64,000 nucleotides of DNA from Eledone cirrhosa (lineage: Eukaryota). A program made the position numbers and the translations under genes. The stretch covers positions 19,592,001 to 19,656,000 of the forward strand of contig OZ024749.1 of NCBI GenBank assembly GCA_964016885.1. Direction: 5' to 3'. Positions 63,201-64,000 of this stretch are shown piece after piece; positions within the stretch are counted from its first letter, which is position 1, and each line of letters begins with the position of its first letter. The notes under the pieces are model-generated. The model did not search any database, was not told where the DNA came from, and was given only the letters and a program-made list of their open reading frames with translations.

Positions 63201-64000
63201 TGTTAATGACTGTATTTACACAATCTATACATTGTTAATGACTGTATTTACACTATCTATACACTGTTAATGACTGTATTTACAGTATCTATACACTGTT
63301 AATGACTGTATTTACACTAGCTATACACTGTTAATGACTGTATTTACACTATCTATACACTGTTAATGACTGTATTTACACTATCTATACACTGTTAATG
63401 ACTGTATTTACACTAACTATACACTGTTAATGACTGTATTTACACTATCTATACACTGTTAATAACTGTATTTACACTATCTATACATTGTTAATAACTG
63501 TATTTACACTATCTATACACTGTTAATGACTGTATTTACACTATCTATACACTGTTAATGACTGTATTTACACTATCTATACACTGTTAATAACTGTATT
63601 TACACTATCTATACATTGTTAATAACTGTATTTACACTATCTATACATTGTTAATGACTGTATTTACACTATCTATACACTGTTAATGACTGTATTTACA
63701 CTATCTATACACTGTAAATAACTGTATTTACACTATCTATACATTGTTAATAACTGTATTTACACTATCTATACACTGTTAATGTCTGTATTTACACTAT
63801 CTATACACTGTTAATGACTGTATTTACACTATCTATACACCGTTAATGACTGTATTTACACTATCTATACACTGTTAATGACTGTATTAACATTATCTAT
63901 ACACTGTTAATGACTGTATTTACACTATCTATACATTGTTAATGACTGTATTTACACTATCTATACACTGTTAATGACTGTATTTACACTATCTATACAC
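57250..64000. repeat. Long-range copy of ~43.6-50.9 kb (offset 13.0-13.9 kb, changing in steps of 32 bp)
   Basis: The 19-bp deletion TGTTGTTAAT lies at 44341/57981 (13640). CTTTTAATG (44951/58847), CTGTATTTTC (45281/59177) and CTGTATATAC (45601/59497) show 13896. CCTGTC (48331/61523) shows 13192. The T-run (49441/62473), TATTTACTCT (49541/62573) and TACACTAG (50281/63313) show 13032. Confidence 0.85.

Larger units (their letters stand above)
1..64000. repeat. 32-bp tandem satellite array, about 2,000 monomers, consensus ACTGTTAATGACTGTATTTACACTATCTATAC
   Basis: The same 32-mer recurs head to tail from base 1 to base 64000 in one orientation, and the column pattern recurs every 160 bp (5 x 32). 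Most monomers are consensus or differ by 1-2 substitutions. Consensus composition is A10 C6 G3 T13. Confidence 0.99.

Noticed and set aside
1-64000. Protein-coding repeat ORF
   Set aside because: The + strand has TAA followed by TGA or TAA in nearly every monomer, and the - strand has TAG, TAG, TAA and TAA. Because 32 is not divisible by 3, every frame meets a stop within about 100 bp.
1-64000. CRISPR array (32 bp is within the CRISPR repeat size range)
   Set aside because: The repeats are directly adjacent, with no unique spacers, leader or cas genes.
1-64000. Telomerase-type telomeric repeat
   Set aside because: There is no G-rich strand or G-run, and the unit is longer than telomerase repeats I know of. 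Variants propagate in kb-scale blocks, which fits recombination rather than templated addition. A subtelomeric location is not excluded.
1-64000. RIP-like (CpA to TpA) mutation signature
   Set aside because: ATG>ATA and TAC>TAT variants fit, but CpT>TpT (CATTG, CATTA, ATTTA) and T>C (ACCG) variants are also common, and most CpA/TpG sites are intact. Counts are inflated by duplication, so a general transition bias is enough to explain them.
1-64000. Information-encoding or synthetic pattern in the order of variants
   Set aside because: The variant order is explained by nested duplications with whole-monomer indels, and I found no fixed-period code.
1-64000. Rolling-circle or sequencing concatemer artefact
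   Set aside because: Rare variants and indels recur in collinear blocks at several different offsets, unlike random read error or a single circular template. Individual duplicated blocks could still be assembly errors.
1-64000. Assignment to a taxon or named satellite family
   Set aside because: I do not recognise the monomer with confidence and there is no flanking unique sequence, so a database search is needed.

Overview
The whole 64 kb window is one uninterrupted head-to-tail tandem array of about 2,000 copies of a 32-bp AT-rich monomer, consensus ACTGTTAATG-ACTGTATTTAC-ACTATCTATAC (28% GC). It runs off both ends of the window and never changes orientation. I found no unique sequence, ORF, RNA gene, mobile element or CRISPR spacer. 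The monomer consists of three related 10/11/11-bp ACT-initiated sub-repeats. Rare substitutions and indels act as barcodes that reveal nested higher-order structure: 128-bp (4-mer) and 480-bp (15-mer) local repeats, kb-scale duplications with offsets of about 2.5, 2.7, 3.6, 3.8-4.1, 4.5, 5.1 and 5.8 kb, and a 13-14 kb-offset duplication. The variant spectrum shifts from the 5' part to the 3' part. This is most consistent with eukaryotic satellite or minisatellite DNA, which is an inference, and the organism cannot be determined here. I see no evidence of a novel protein-coding system. The interest lies in the architecture and evolution of the array. Coordinates and offsets were read by eye from marker variants, so block boundaries are approximate.
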